Below are positions 18,526 through 27,168 of a DNA stretch of 64,000 nt, piece by piece. The DNA lies in NCBI GenBank assembly GCA_965263035.1, contig OZ253580.1, positions 3,520,001 through 3,584,000 on the forward strand. The letters are read 5' to 3'. Each line of letters begins with the position of its first letter. Position 1 is the stretch's first letter. The stretch comes from Acidobacteriota bacterium (GTDB lineage Bacteria > Acidobacteriota > UBA6911 > RPQK01 > JAJDTT01). The notes under the pieces are model-generated. The model had not been told where the DNA came from. It made no database searches and saw only the letters and a list, made by a program, of their open reading frames with translations. The position numbers and the translations under genes are program-made.

Positions 18526-19266
18526 TCAGTGCGTGAGGGCGTAGACGAAATAGTTGATTCCAAACTTGTAGGCCTCGTTCGAAGCGCTGATGGGGACCAG
18601 CGACTCGTCGGACCACTCCCAGTAGTCTCCGATGTCGTTGTTGAAATTGGCTACGGCAACAAGGCGGCCGTCCTCGTCCGAAAGGCCGTAGAATCGAGGC
18701 TTCCCCGGGACGTTGTAGGGCGGCAGCATGTCCAGGCTGTCGATATCGTAGAAGCAATGGAACACCGGATGATCCGTCGTCAGCTCTTCGAAGCCGCGCT
18801 CCGGAAACACCTGCTGCATGGAAGACGTGAAATTGTGCCAGTCTCCGGCGCCGCGAAAGTCGTCGAAAACGACGAAACCTCCCCGCAGCAGGTATTCGCG
18901 GAGATTGGCCGTCTCCTCGCCGGTGATGTTCCAGTAGCCCGGCTCGCTCACGTACAGGGCCGGGTAATTCATGATGCGAGGGTCGTTCAGATCCAGCACC
19001 AGGTAGGATTCGGGCGTGGTTTCGATTCCCGTCAGTTCCATGAAGATCTTTAGGAAGTTCTGCTCGGCCCGCGGGTAATCGTGCATCCAGGGGGGGACCC
19101 ATCGTCCGCGCCCTCCGCCCCAACTCGAGACGAATCCGTTGTAGCGGATCCGCACGAACTGAAAGAGAGTGGAGTCGTTGGGCTCCGGGTCCGCGGAAAC
19201 CTCCGGACCGTAGCTCAGGAGCAGTGGCGCGGCCAGCAGCAGAACCCAGGGAAGGTGTCGCTTCAT
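18526..19266 (-). CDS. DUF4159 domain exported protein
   Basis: Signal peptide; WMHDYPRAE, LREYLLRGGFVVFDDF, DHPVFHCFY, NNDIGDYWEW, FGINYFVYALTH. Confidence 0.88.
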   Translation of the reverse strand: MKRHLPWVLLLAAPLLLSYGPEVSADPEPNDSTLFQFVRIRYNGFVSSWGGGRGRWVPPWMHDYPRAEQNFLKIFMELTGIETTPESYLVLDLNDPRIMNYPALYVSEPGYWNITGEETANLREYLLRGGFVVFDDFRGAGDWHNFTSSMQQVFPERGFEELTTDHPVFHCFYDIDSLDMLPPYNVPGKPRFYGLSDEDGRLVAVANFNNDIGDYWEWSDESLVPISASNEAYKFGINYFVYALTH

Positions 19267-21707
19267 CGTCGCACCAGCTCCAGCAGGAACTTCTGGGCGT
19301 CCCGGTACCCGGGGGCGATCTCCAGGGCCAGCAGCACCTGGCGGCGGGCCTGAGCCTTGTCGCCGGCCAGGTCCAGGGCGCGGGCCAACCGGTAGTGGGC
19401 GTCCGCCGTGTCCAGCGGCGACAGTTCCAGCAGGACCCGGTATTCCCCCGCCGCTTCCGCTCCCCTTCCCAGTTGCAGGTAAAGACTGCCCAGCAGCCGG
19501 TGAACCTCGGGGTTCAGAGTATCGGCATAAAGGACCTCTTCCAACACGCGGGCCGCCGGTTCCACCTGATTTTCCGCAGCCAGCAGCCGGGCCAGCTCAA
19601 GGCCGTTTTCCGCCAGTTGGGGTGCCGCCCGGAACCACTGGTCCAGGATCGGGATCAACTGGGCGGTGTCGCCGCTCCTCCTGTGAATCCGGGCCAGCAG
19701 TGAGTAGGGGCTCTCCGAGGTGGCGAAGTCGGGAAAGGTCCGAATCGCCCGCTCCAGAAAGGGCACGGCCTCATCGCTCCTTCCGGCCTCGTCCAGAGTC
19801 TCACCCAGGGCCAGGTTCAGGAAGTAATTCTCCTCGTCCTGGCTCGCCGCCTCCAGCAGAGATTTCAGATACTCGTCCCGTGACTGGCTCTTGCCCCGGC
19901 CCCCCAGGATCGCCGCCGGCTTCAGGCGGGAGACCAGTGGTTTCAGGGTCCGGTCCAGCTCCTGTAGAAAATCCTGGTCGAAGTCGGCTGCGGAGATCCC
20001 CAACGCTTCCTGGAAGGATTCCTCCAGGTCGAGTCCCCGGGAAAAGCCCTCCACCAGCGCCCGCACCTTTTCGGTCCCGTGGCGGTCCGCCATATACCGG
20101 CACGCCAATCCGGCCTGAAGATAGCTGATCTGCAGGTGCTCGCGAGTCCGAGGACTCTCGAATCCCTTGTTCAGATCCTTCAGGGAGGCGATCTCCCCCC
20201 GTTCGTAGGCTCTCACCAGGGAAGGACTCAAACCATCGCCCCAGCCCGGTCCCGCAAGGCGTTCCTCCATCATGGAGATCCCTTCGGTGAGCCAACGGGG
20301 CACCCGGTCCCGGCTCAGCGAGAGGATGACCACGTGGGCCATCTCGTGCCACAGCGTCGATCCCCAGTGATAGGTTCCCTTGGGACGCGCCGAGGGAGAG
20401 TCCATGGCCAGGATGCGGCCGAAGGTGGCTCCGAAAGCGCCCAGTCCCGGAAGGCCCAGGGCCCGGACGGCGAAGTCTTCGTGGTCCGGATAGAACTCGA
20501 CCAGGAACTTGTGGCCGACCTGGTGCCGGTACTTCTCCTCCAGAACCGAAATGCTCCGGTCCAGAAGTCTCTTCACGTAGGGCTCCAGGGCCCCGGCCTC
20601 CTTCCCGTGCAGCCGGAGCCAATACCGGGGCGTCTCGTGGCGGACGAACCGGTCGAAGCTGTCCACCAGGCGCAGCGTGTTCACGGTAGAGACGTTGTAG
20701 GGGTCGTTTTCGTAGGCTCGCTCCAGGACCTTTTTGCCCTCCTCCTCCTGGGCCATTCTCAACAGATTGACCCCCAGAGCGGCGAGGGCCGGCCATTCTC
20801 CGGGATTCCTCCGCACGGCCTCGCGGTAGTATTCGATGGCTTCGTCCATGCGGCGCCGGAGGGCGGCGAAATCTCCCATGATCCGGTACAGGTTCCCGTT
20901 TCGGGGATTGATCTCCAGGAGGTTCCGCAGGCGTTCCTCGAAACGCTCCGGCTGCTCCTGGAAATGAAGCAGGACGCAGTCGAGTTCCAGCAGGGGGACG
21001 TAGTTGGGGTTCCCGTCGAGTCCCCTTTCGATCCAGTCCCGGGCTTCTTTCCAGTCGCCGGCCTCCATGGCCAACAGCCCTTTGAGGACGTGCCCGTCCA
21101 GGTTGCCGGGGTTCTCCTTGAGGACGTGGTCCAGGGCCACGTCCACCCCGGCCATCTGCTGGGCCTTGAGGGCGCGCGCCAACCCGAGTCGAGCGTCGTC
21201 GGTTCCCCAACGGGACCACCCGTCTTGCGGAGAGGCCTTGAGACCATCACGAAAAATGGACTCGGCCTCAGCGCCGTTGTGTTTCTCCAGGTACAGGTTG
21301 CCCCAGTCCACGTACAGCCAGAGGGGCGCCCCGGCGCCGCGAGCCGCCTCCAGGTAGAGTTGGTTGGCCCGCTTCCATTGCTCCAATTGCCAGGCTGCGT
21401 AGGCGGCCTCCGCGACTTCTCCCGGGGATCGAAGAGCGCCCGTGTCGTAGAGATCGAGCAGGCGTCCGGCGAGGCGCCGCACACCCTCCTCGTCTCCGCC
21501 GCGCGCCGCAAGCTCCAGGCGGAGCCGCAAGACGTGGGGGTTCCGGTCTCCAGCGGTTGAGAGCCGTTCCCGCGCCGCTTCGTACGATCCCGCCGCCGTC
21601 AGATCCAGGACCTCGCCCAGCGGGGCGGGCGACTCCTGCCGGAAAGCGGCCGCCGCCAGCAATCCGGCCAGGAGAAGGAATCGAGTCGCCCCGAGAGCTC
21701 CGGTCAA
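19263..21707 (-). CDS. TPR-repeat protein with peptidase MA-like (gluzincin) domain
   Basis: Signal peptide, TPR arrays on both sides of TLWHEMAHV...VPRWLTEGIS (HExxH..E). Confidence 0.85.
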   Translation of the reverse strand: MTGALGATRFLLLAGLLAAAAFRQESPAPLGEVLDLTAAGSYEAARERLSTAGDRNPHVLRLRLELAARGGDEEGVRRLAGRLLDLYDTGALRSPGEVAEAAYAAWQLEQWKRANQLYLEAARGAGAPLWLYVDWGNLYLEKHNGAEAESIFRDGLKASPQDGWSRWGTDDARLGLARALKAQQMAGVDVALDHVLKENPGNLDGHVLKGLLAMEAGDWKEARDWIERGLDGNPNYVPLLELDCVLLHFQEQPERFEERLRNLLEINPRNGNLYRIMGDFAALRRRMDEAIEYYREAVRRNPGEWPALAALGVNLLRMAQEEEGKKVLERAYENDPYNVSTVNTLRLVDSFDRFVRHETPRYWLRLHGKEAGALEPYVKRLLDRSISVLEEKYRHQVGHKFLVEFYPDHEDFAVRALGLPGLGAFGATFGRILAMDSPSARPKGTYHWGSTLWHEMAHVVILSLSRDRVPRWLTEGISMMEERLAGPGWGDGLSPSLVRAYERGEIASLKDLNKGFESPRTREHLQISYLQAGLACRYMADRHGTEKVRALVEGFSRGLDLEESFQEALGISAADFDQDFLQELDRTLKPLVSRLKPAAILGGRGKSQSRDEYLKSLLEAASQDEENYFLNLALGETLDEAGRSDEAVPFLERAIRTFPDFATSESPYSLLARIHRRSGDTAQLIPILDQWFRAAPQLAENGLELARLLAAENQVEPAARVLEEVLYADTLNPEVHRLLGSLYLQLGRGAEAAGEYRVLLELSPLDTADAHYRLARALDLAGDKAQARRQVLLALEIAPGYRDAQKFLLELVRR

Positions 21708-22711
21708 GGCTGGACCTCCTCTGCGGCGGCGCCATCGGTCTCCTCCTCGTTCGCGGCCAGCTCCACCATCAGCGCTTCCAGTCTCCGGTAGTATTCCTGC
21801 TCCGTGTACTCTTCCTTTCGCAGCTTGAGTTCGTCGATCTGCTGCTGGATCCGGGCCCGGCTCTCGGCTCGGTTCCGTTCCTCCGGAAGCGAATCAGGCC
21901 CGCTCGCCGGGTCCAGATAGCAGACAGCCGCCAGCAGTCCGGTTCCCTGCCGGACCTCTTCCCGGGAATCGTCGTCCCCCTGGGCCAGTTGAAATCGGGC
22001 GGAGTCGTCCAGGATGGCGTGCTCGGTCTGGATCCTGCCCGCTTCCTCGAACCAGGCGCTCACCCTTCGGCGGCTATACAGAAAGGCTTCCAGAAGCGAC
22101 ACGCGATTGTTCTTGTCCCGGTCGGCATCCGGCGATGCCGGGGCTTCGGCGAAGAAACGGGGAAACAGGGGAGGTTGCCGCTCACGCTCCCGGGTCGCGG
22201 CCACAATCACTCGATTGGCGCCTCTCAGAGCCGGGACCAGGGCGCCGGCCGAGCTGGTCCCCGCAATGACCACGGCTCTGGGGCCGTCCAGTCCCTCGAG
22301 GAGCCGCCCCAGGTCCTGGTCCGTGAGATCGGGACCCTTGATGTTGAACTTGTAACGCCGGCCGTCATAGTTGCCGTGTCCGACCAGAACCAGCCACCAC
22401 TCACCCTCGGGGGAGAGCTTGCCCACCTCCTCCCGGGCGGTCTGGAGGATCTCCTCCCGGGTCCGGACGCTCCCGTCGATCCGCAACACTCGGGACCGGT
22501 CGCCCTGAAACGCTTCCTCCAAGCGGCTGGCCCAAGCGGCGAAATTGGCTCCGTATTCCGGAATTCCGGCGAGTCCCGTGACGATGAGGCTGATGCGATT
22601 GAGACTCTCTCCCCGGGTTGGAGAGGAGCAGAGCATCAGCACCCAGAGCAGCGCCGCGGCGCCTCCGGCACCGAATTTCAAGTACGTCCCCTGCGGCGTC
22701 GACCTGGCCAC
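21704..22711 (-). CDS. Exported hypothetical protein, possible caspase/clan-CD-like fold
   Basis: Signal-like helix; LVLVGHGNYDG, IAGTSSAG, VIVAAT, EF-hand-like DADRDKNNRVSLLEAF, C-terminal coiled coil. Confidence 0.65.
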   Translation of the reverse strand: MARSTPQGTYLKFGAGGAAALLWVLMLCSSPTRGESLNRISLIVTGLAGIPEYGANFAAWASRLEEAFQGDRSRVLRIDGSVRTREEILQTAREEVGKLSPEGEWWLVLVGHGNYDGRRYKFNIKGPDLTDQDLGRLLEGLDGPRAVVIAGTSSAGALVPALRGANRVIVAATRERERQPPLFPRFFAEAPASPDADRDKNNRVSLLEAFLYSRRRVSAWFEEAGRIQTEHAILDDSARFQLAQGDDDSREEVRQGTGLLAAVCYLDPASGPDSLPEERNRAESRARIQQQIDELKLRKEEYTEQEYYRRLEALMVELAANEEETDGAAAEEVQP

Positions 22712-22717
22712 GGCCGG

Positions 22718-25009
22718 TTATATTCCTCCCAGGCGCCGCCACATCACCCATTCCGTCATCAGCAGAGCGGCCAGCAGCAGAAAGTTTACCGGCATGTCCC
22801 ACAACTCCAGAGTCTGGGGGACGGAGGCGTGGGATTCGACGTACGAAACCTCCTCCGGAAGATTCCCGACGTCGTCCAGACTGTAATAGTGGCCTCCCGT
22901 CTCCTGGGCCAGCCAGTTCAGAAACTCGACCTTGCGGGTGGCGTCGTGGAACTCCCTCAGGCCGGATTGCGCCAGGAAGTAGGCGTCCCCGGTCCCATAG
23001 GAGATCACGCCCGCGCCCCTGCCCCCTTCCGCCTCCAACCTGATCTGGTGGAGCCCCTCTTCCTCGGGACGGGTCGCCCCTTCATAGATTCCGCCGTCCC
23101 GGGGACTCCAGTCCAACTCGATCGCGGTTTCGCGGCCCGCCGGAGAGACCAGGGTCGCTGCGAGACGCGCCGACTGGACTGGGTTGAAGGTGGGATCGTA
23201 GACCTGAGCCCGGACCTTGACCTCCTCGCCGTGGGAGTAGATCTCCCGTTCCGTTTCCACTTCCACGGGGTCCTTGGCCGCGTTCACGAGCCAACGCAGG
23301 ACCTGTTGCCAGAAGTTCTGGTGAGACCGGTCCTCATGCTCCTGGAGCATCTGCCAACGCCAACTGCTGCCGGTGAGGAAGGCCATGGCCAAGCCCCGCC
23401 CGTAGCGCTGGAAGACCATCAGCGGGACCTCCGTACCATCCTGGGAATCCTGGAGGCGGGCCAGGACCGTGGCCCCGGGCTTGAGGCTCCCCACCCGATT
23501 CCAGTCCTTGAGATCGGGCATCTCTTCCCACTCCCGGCGGTTCACCGCTTCCCCGGCGCCCAGTTGCAGGGCGGGATGCCTGAGTCCTTGGGGAGTCAAC
23601 TGGACCCGGGCCGATCCCCGCCGGTAGAGGGTGTCGGACGGCGCCCGCTCTCCGTCGGGCAACATCCATACCGGCAACAGCTCCTCGACCGGCGTGTTCT
23701 GGTATTCCCCGGCGGAAAAAGAGGAACTGCCTCCCAACATGAGGAAACCTCCGCCCCTCTTGTCCACGAAATCCCGGAGCATCTCCATTTGAGGATAGGT
23801 GAAGAAAGAGGATTCCACGCTCCCCACCATCAGGGCCCGGTACGAGAACAACTCCTCCCGGGTCGAAGGAAAGCCGGCCGCCAGAGTGCTCTCCTCCTCG
23901 ATGCCCTGCCGATAGTATTTGTTGATGGCGGTTCGCAACAGACTCTCCAGCCGCAGGTGACGGTCGCCGGAAATCGCGCTCCGAATGAACTTGTATTCCC
24001 AACGGGGACGCCCTTCCACGTACAGAATGCGGTTCTCCAGGTCCCGGACGCGAAGCACCGCCGATCGTTCGTTGTTCTCCTGCAGGGCCTCATCCTCGAG
24101 TGGCTGAATCCGAAAGCGGTAGATTCGAATGCCTCTGCTTCGAGGGGTCAGCGGGACCTCCACCAGGGCCGTCTGAGAAAACGGCAGCTTCACTTCCTGA
24201 GCCTGAAGCAGCGAGTTTCCCTCCCAGACCTCCAGACGGCTCTCACGGCCCTGGAAGCCGTTGATCCGGAGCGTGACCCTGGCAATGGTCCGGGCCTCGG
24301 GAACCAGAACCCGGGGAAGGCTCACCTGGGCCAGCTCCAGGTCGGGCTCCAGCGTCCGCGGCCCCACCCCCACGGCGTGAACCGGAATCCTTCGGGACTG
24401 GAGATCGGCCAGGACCTCCTTGAAGCCGCCGAAGCCGTTGTCCGCACCGTCGCTGAAGAGAACGATGCCCCCCAGGGCCTCGTGCCGGGTGCGGGTCAGA
24501 ACATCCCGGAGGGCGCCTGCGATATCGGTGCGGTTCCCGCGCCAGTCCAGTCCCGCGTCCTCGCTCAGCAGACGGGACTCGGCATCGAACTCCATCCGGA
24601 GCAGGCGAAATCGATCATCGAGGCCTTGGCGCAACGGGCTGCCGGCCTCCAGGAGCGTCCGAACCGGCTCGCCTCGCGCCGTTTCTCCGTCGGAAATGCC
24701 CATGCTCAAGGAGTTGTCGACCAGCAGAGCCAACACGTTTTCCCGCGGCGCCAGGGTGGAGAGCACCAGGCTGGGCCGCATCAGCAGCACCATGATTCCC
24801 AGGAGAAACGCCGCTCTGGCGGCCGGCAGGATCCACCCTCGAGCGGCGGCCCGACCCAGCCATCGCCGGTACGGCAGCCACGCGGCGAGGAGGGCGGCGC
24901 AAACCAGGATCGCCAACAGCCACGCCTCCAGACGCCACTGCAGGAGGAACTCCCCCTCCCTGAAGTGGAAGGGCCGGTATTTGAAGAAAAAGGTGAAGAT
25001 CTGCTCCAT
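22718..25009 (-). CDS. Membrane protein with VWA-like and class I glutamine amidotransferase-like domains
   Basis: N-terminal TMs, LVDNSLSM, FSDGADN, ILYVEGRPRWEYKFI, GGGFLMLGG, C-terminal TM LLMTEWVMWRRLG. First gene of the MoxR operon. Confidence 0.85.
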   Translation of the reverse strand: MEQIFTFFFKYRPFHFREGEFLLQWRLEAWLLAILVCAALLAAWLPYRRWLGRAAARGWILPAARAAFLLGIMVLLMRPSLVLSTLAPRENVLALLVDNSLSMGISDGETARGEPVRTLLEAGSPLRQGLDDRFRLLRMEFDAESRLLSEDAGLDWRGNRTDIAGALRDVLTRTRHEALGGIVLFSDGADNGFGGFKEVLADLQSRRIPVHAVGVGPRTLEPDLELAQVSLPRVLVPEARTIARVTLRINGFQGRESRLEVWEGNSLLQAQEVKLPFSQTALVEVPLTPRSRGIRIYRFRIQPLEDEALQENNERSAVLRVRDLENRILYVEGRPRWEYKFIRSAISGDRHLRLESLLRTAINKYYRQGIEEESTLAAGFPSTREELFSYRALMVGSVESSFFTYPQMEMLRDFVDKRGGGFLMLGGSSSFSAGEYQNTPVEELLPVWMLPDGERAPSDTLYRRGSARVQLTPQGLRHPALQLGAGEAVNRREWEEMPDLKDWNRVGSLKPGATVLARLQDSQDGTEVPLMVFQRYGRGLAMAFLTGSSWRWQMLQEHEDRSHQNFWQQVLRWLVNAAKDPVEVETEREIYSHGEEVKVRAQVYDPTFNPVQSARLAATLVSPAGRETAIELDWSPRDGGIYEGATRPEEEGLHQIRLEAEGGRGAGVISYGTGDAYFLAQSGLREFHDATRKVEFLNWLAQETGGHYYSLDDVGNLPEEVSYVESHASVPQTLELWDMPVNFLLLAALLMTEWVMWRRLGGI

Positions 25010-25106
25010 GGGGGCCGTGGCCCGCCGCCTCCGGCGGATGCAGTCCAAGACGGAATTCGATTGCTCCCGCCCAGTCTACTACGCCGGCCTTGCCGCCCAA
25101 CACATT

Positions 25107-25136
25107 TTGACATTTGGCGAAAAGCTAACCTAGAAT
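25107..25136 (+). promoter_or_regulatory. sigma70-type promoter of carD
   Basis: TTGACA (25107-25112) - 18 bp - TAGAAT (25131-25136). Confidence 0.7.
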
Positions 25137-25266
25137 GAGATAGCCAATCCATCTGGGCGATATGGGCAGGTCTTTGGTTCGGGTTTCCCGGCTTCAGTCT
25201 TGGGCGTTTCGTCCCATTGGCGGCTTGGGCTGTCGCGGTTCCCACACCGCAGTCTCGGAGGAGCGA

Positions 25267-25782
25267 ATGGAATTCAAGGTTGGAGAGAAAGTTGTCTATC
25301 CGAATCAGGGCGTCGGCGTAATCCAGCAGGTACTCGAGACTCGGATCGCCGGTCAGCAGGACGAATTCTACATGCTGAAGCTCACCTCCAACAATTCGAC
25401 CGTGATGGTTCCCACCGCCAACGCTCTCCACGTCGGCCTGCGAAAGCTCTGCACGGAGAAGCAGTTGGGCGAGCTGTTCGAGATTTTGAGTAACGAGATC
25501 GCCAAGCCGGATTCGGATTGGAAGAGCCGCTACAAGGAAAACGTCAACAAGATGAAGTCGGGTTCCATCTTCGAAGTGGCCGAGGTGCTCAAGAATCTCT
25601 ACTGCCTGAACCTGCAGAAAACCCTCTCGTTCCGCGAGAAGAAGATGTTCGACCGGGCCCGCCAACTGGTGGTTTCGGAGATCGCGACGGTGCAGGACGA
25701 GCCGGATGAGAAGATCGCGGAGCACGTGGAGAAGATGCTCAGCGCGGCCTGCGAAGGAACCAACCCCAGCCTCCCCTCGTGA
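25267..25782 (+). CDS. carD: CarD family transcriptional regulator
   Basis: FKVGEKVVYPNQGVGVI, VMVP..GLRKL, WKSRYKEN..KSGSIFEVAEV; RBS GGAGG. Confidence 0.92.
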   Translation: MEFKVGEKVVYPNQGVGVIQQVLETRIAGQQDEFYMLKLTSNNSTVMVPTANALHVGLRKLCTEKQLGELFEILSNEIAKPDSDWKSRYKENVNKMKSGSIFEVAEVLKNLYCLNLQKTLSFREKKMFDRARQLVVSEIATVQDEPDEKIAEHVEKMLSAACEGTNPSLPS

Positions 25783-25926
25783 AACCGTTCCGACTGCGCC
25801 GCACTCGGGTCTGAACGTCGTTCGTTCTCAACTATTTCCAATCCTCTTCCTGAGACCCCCGATTATTCGGGGATCGGCGATACCGGCCTGGAGTCTTGTC
25901 CCCCTCCAGAGAGTGGTCTGGGCTGA

Positions 25927-26072
25927 AACCGAGGGGGACTGGAAGCGGCGCTCGACCAGGGGTGTCCAGGAAGGCCCGATGGCGGAGGGGAATCGTCACG
26001 GGCAGTGGATCTATCGCGGACGGACGGAGGGGGCGCACGGTCACCGTCAAAAACGACCAGCGGCTGGACTGA
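25927..26072 (+). pseudogene. Possible remnant of a MORN-variant repeat protein
   Basis: Reads TEGDWKRRSTRGVQEGPMAEGNRHGQWIYR, then after an apparent frameshift ADGRRGRTVTVKNDQRLD* (TGA 26070-26072). Resembles G.W..R...G.V.EGP...G.RHG.W repeats; no start or RBS. Confidence 0.3.
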
Positions 26073-26302
26073 GGCCCCTGGCGGGAAGGGATGTCCTCCC
26101 GCCGAAACGCCCGAAGCGCTTTGAGATGTCTTTCGCGAGGCTCTCCGTGCCGGCCCGGCTGTGAGATCCTCTCCCGGGGGACATCTCCCCACAACTCCGA
26201 ACCATCCGATCTGAAACGGGCGGATGAGCGCGAAGCTCTTCCACCATCGCCGGGAACGCAATGGCGCCGTAAGCGTTCTGCCCGGTGGGCCCGAATCTGA
26301 CG

Positions 26303-26677
26303 TCACTCGCCGGGTGCGCCGGCAGTTCGAAGGAGACTCATCGCGTAGACAATGCTGATGACGGGAACAACCGAGAATACCAACGCAAGTTCCCAGTCTC
26401 CCTTCACGGCACCTGCGGCAATCCTTTGCGCAAGGGCCAGGTCGGCGATCACGATCACGAGGAGGAATGCGGCGATTGCGAGGGTGGCGATCCTGGTGAG
26501 ACGGGGCGCCAGCACCAGCAGAATAACTCCTGCAGCGCCAAGGGGATGAAGCAGCACCACTAGCAGTCGTTGCCAGACCCCGCCACCGTTAGCGAATGCT
26601 CCGACCAGGGCCGTAAATCCTGCCAACAACGCGTGGATCACAGCCAGAATCAACAGCAGAATTCGAAAACTGGACAT
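26303..26677 (-). CDS. Small hypothetical 4-TM membrane protein
   Basis: 124 aa from ATG 26677 (MSSFRILLLILAVIHALL...), four hydrophobic segments; family not recognised. Confidence 0.65.
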   Translation of the reverse strand: MSSFRILLLILAVIHALLAGFTALVGAFANGGGVWQRLLVVLLHPLGAAGVILLVLAPRLTRIATLAIAAFLLVIVIADLALAQRIAAGAVKGDWELALVFSVVPVISIVYAMSLLRTAGAPGE

Positions 26678-27168
26678 GTTGGCCCAGGTATGAACCACAA
26701 CCCGAGTGACGTCAAGAACATCATTGTCGAGCGCGGCTGCGAATGGGAGCGGCCACTCCAGGGGATGGCCCAGCCCTTGAGGTTCAGGATCAATGAGTTC
26801 TGGAATCAGCCTCTCGTCCGGCGCCTGGACTTCAAATGGGTCGATTCCTGGCCGGGAGAGTCCCTGGAATTGTCGATCTCCCCCGGCCCGAGGGTCAGTT
26901 GGACGTCGGATTCGCGGTCCTGTTCCTGACCACGATGAGGGGTGCACGACAAAAAAGTGACGACGCAGGGGCGACGCTGCAAACGCGGTCTGCTCCAGAC
27001 GAGCCACCCACTTGTCCAACCCTGCCAAGTTCGCTTTCGAGCCATAGACGATCGGTTCAGGTGACGAGTTGCTCCGGGATCGTCACCGCCGCGCACCAAC
27101 CCAGGCAGCGGGCTCCGCTACGAAGGTGTCAATGGGCCAATTACGGCGAGAACTCTTGCTCCGTACTG

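Noticed and set aside
21557-25138. 1193-aa plus-strand ORF and other long antisense ORFs (e.g. 12104-14464, 46526-48427, 41343-42968, 33285-34886)
   Set aside because: They are shadow frames opposite well-supported genes, expected from high-GC codon bias, with no recognisable motifs.
26200-26302. Possible integron attC site after the small membrane gene
   Set aside because: No convincing RYYYAAC/GTTRRRY boxes with a paired stem, and no integrase.
26822-26850. tRNA-Sec-like words CTGGACTTCAAAT and GGGTCGATTCCT
   Set aside because: The anticodon stem cannot close and there is no variable arm or acceptor stem; probably coincidental.
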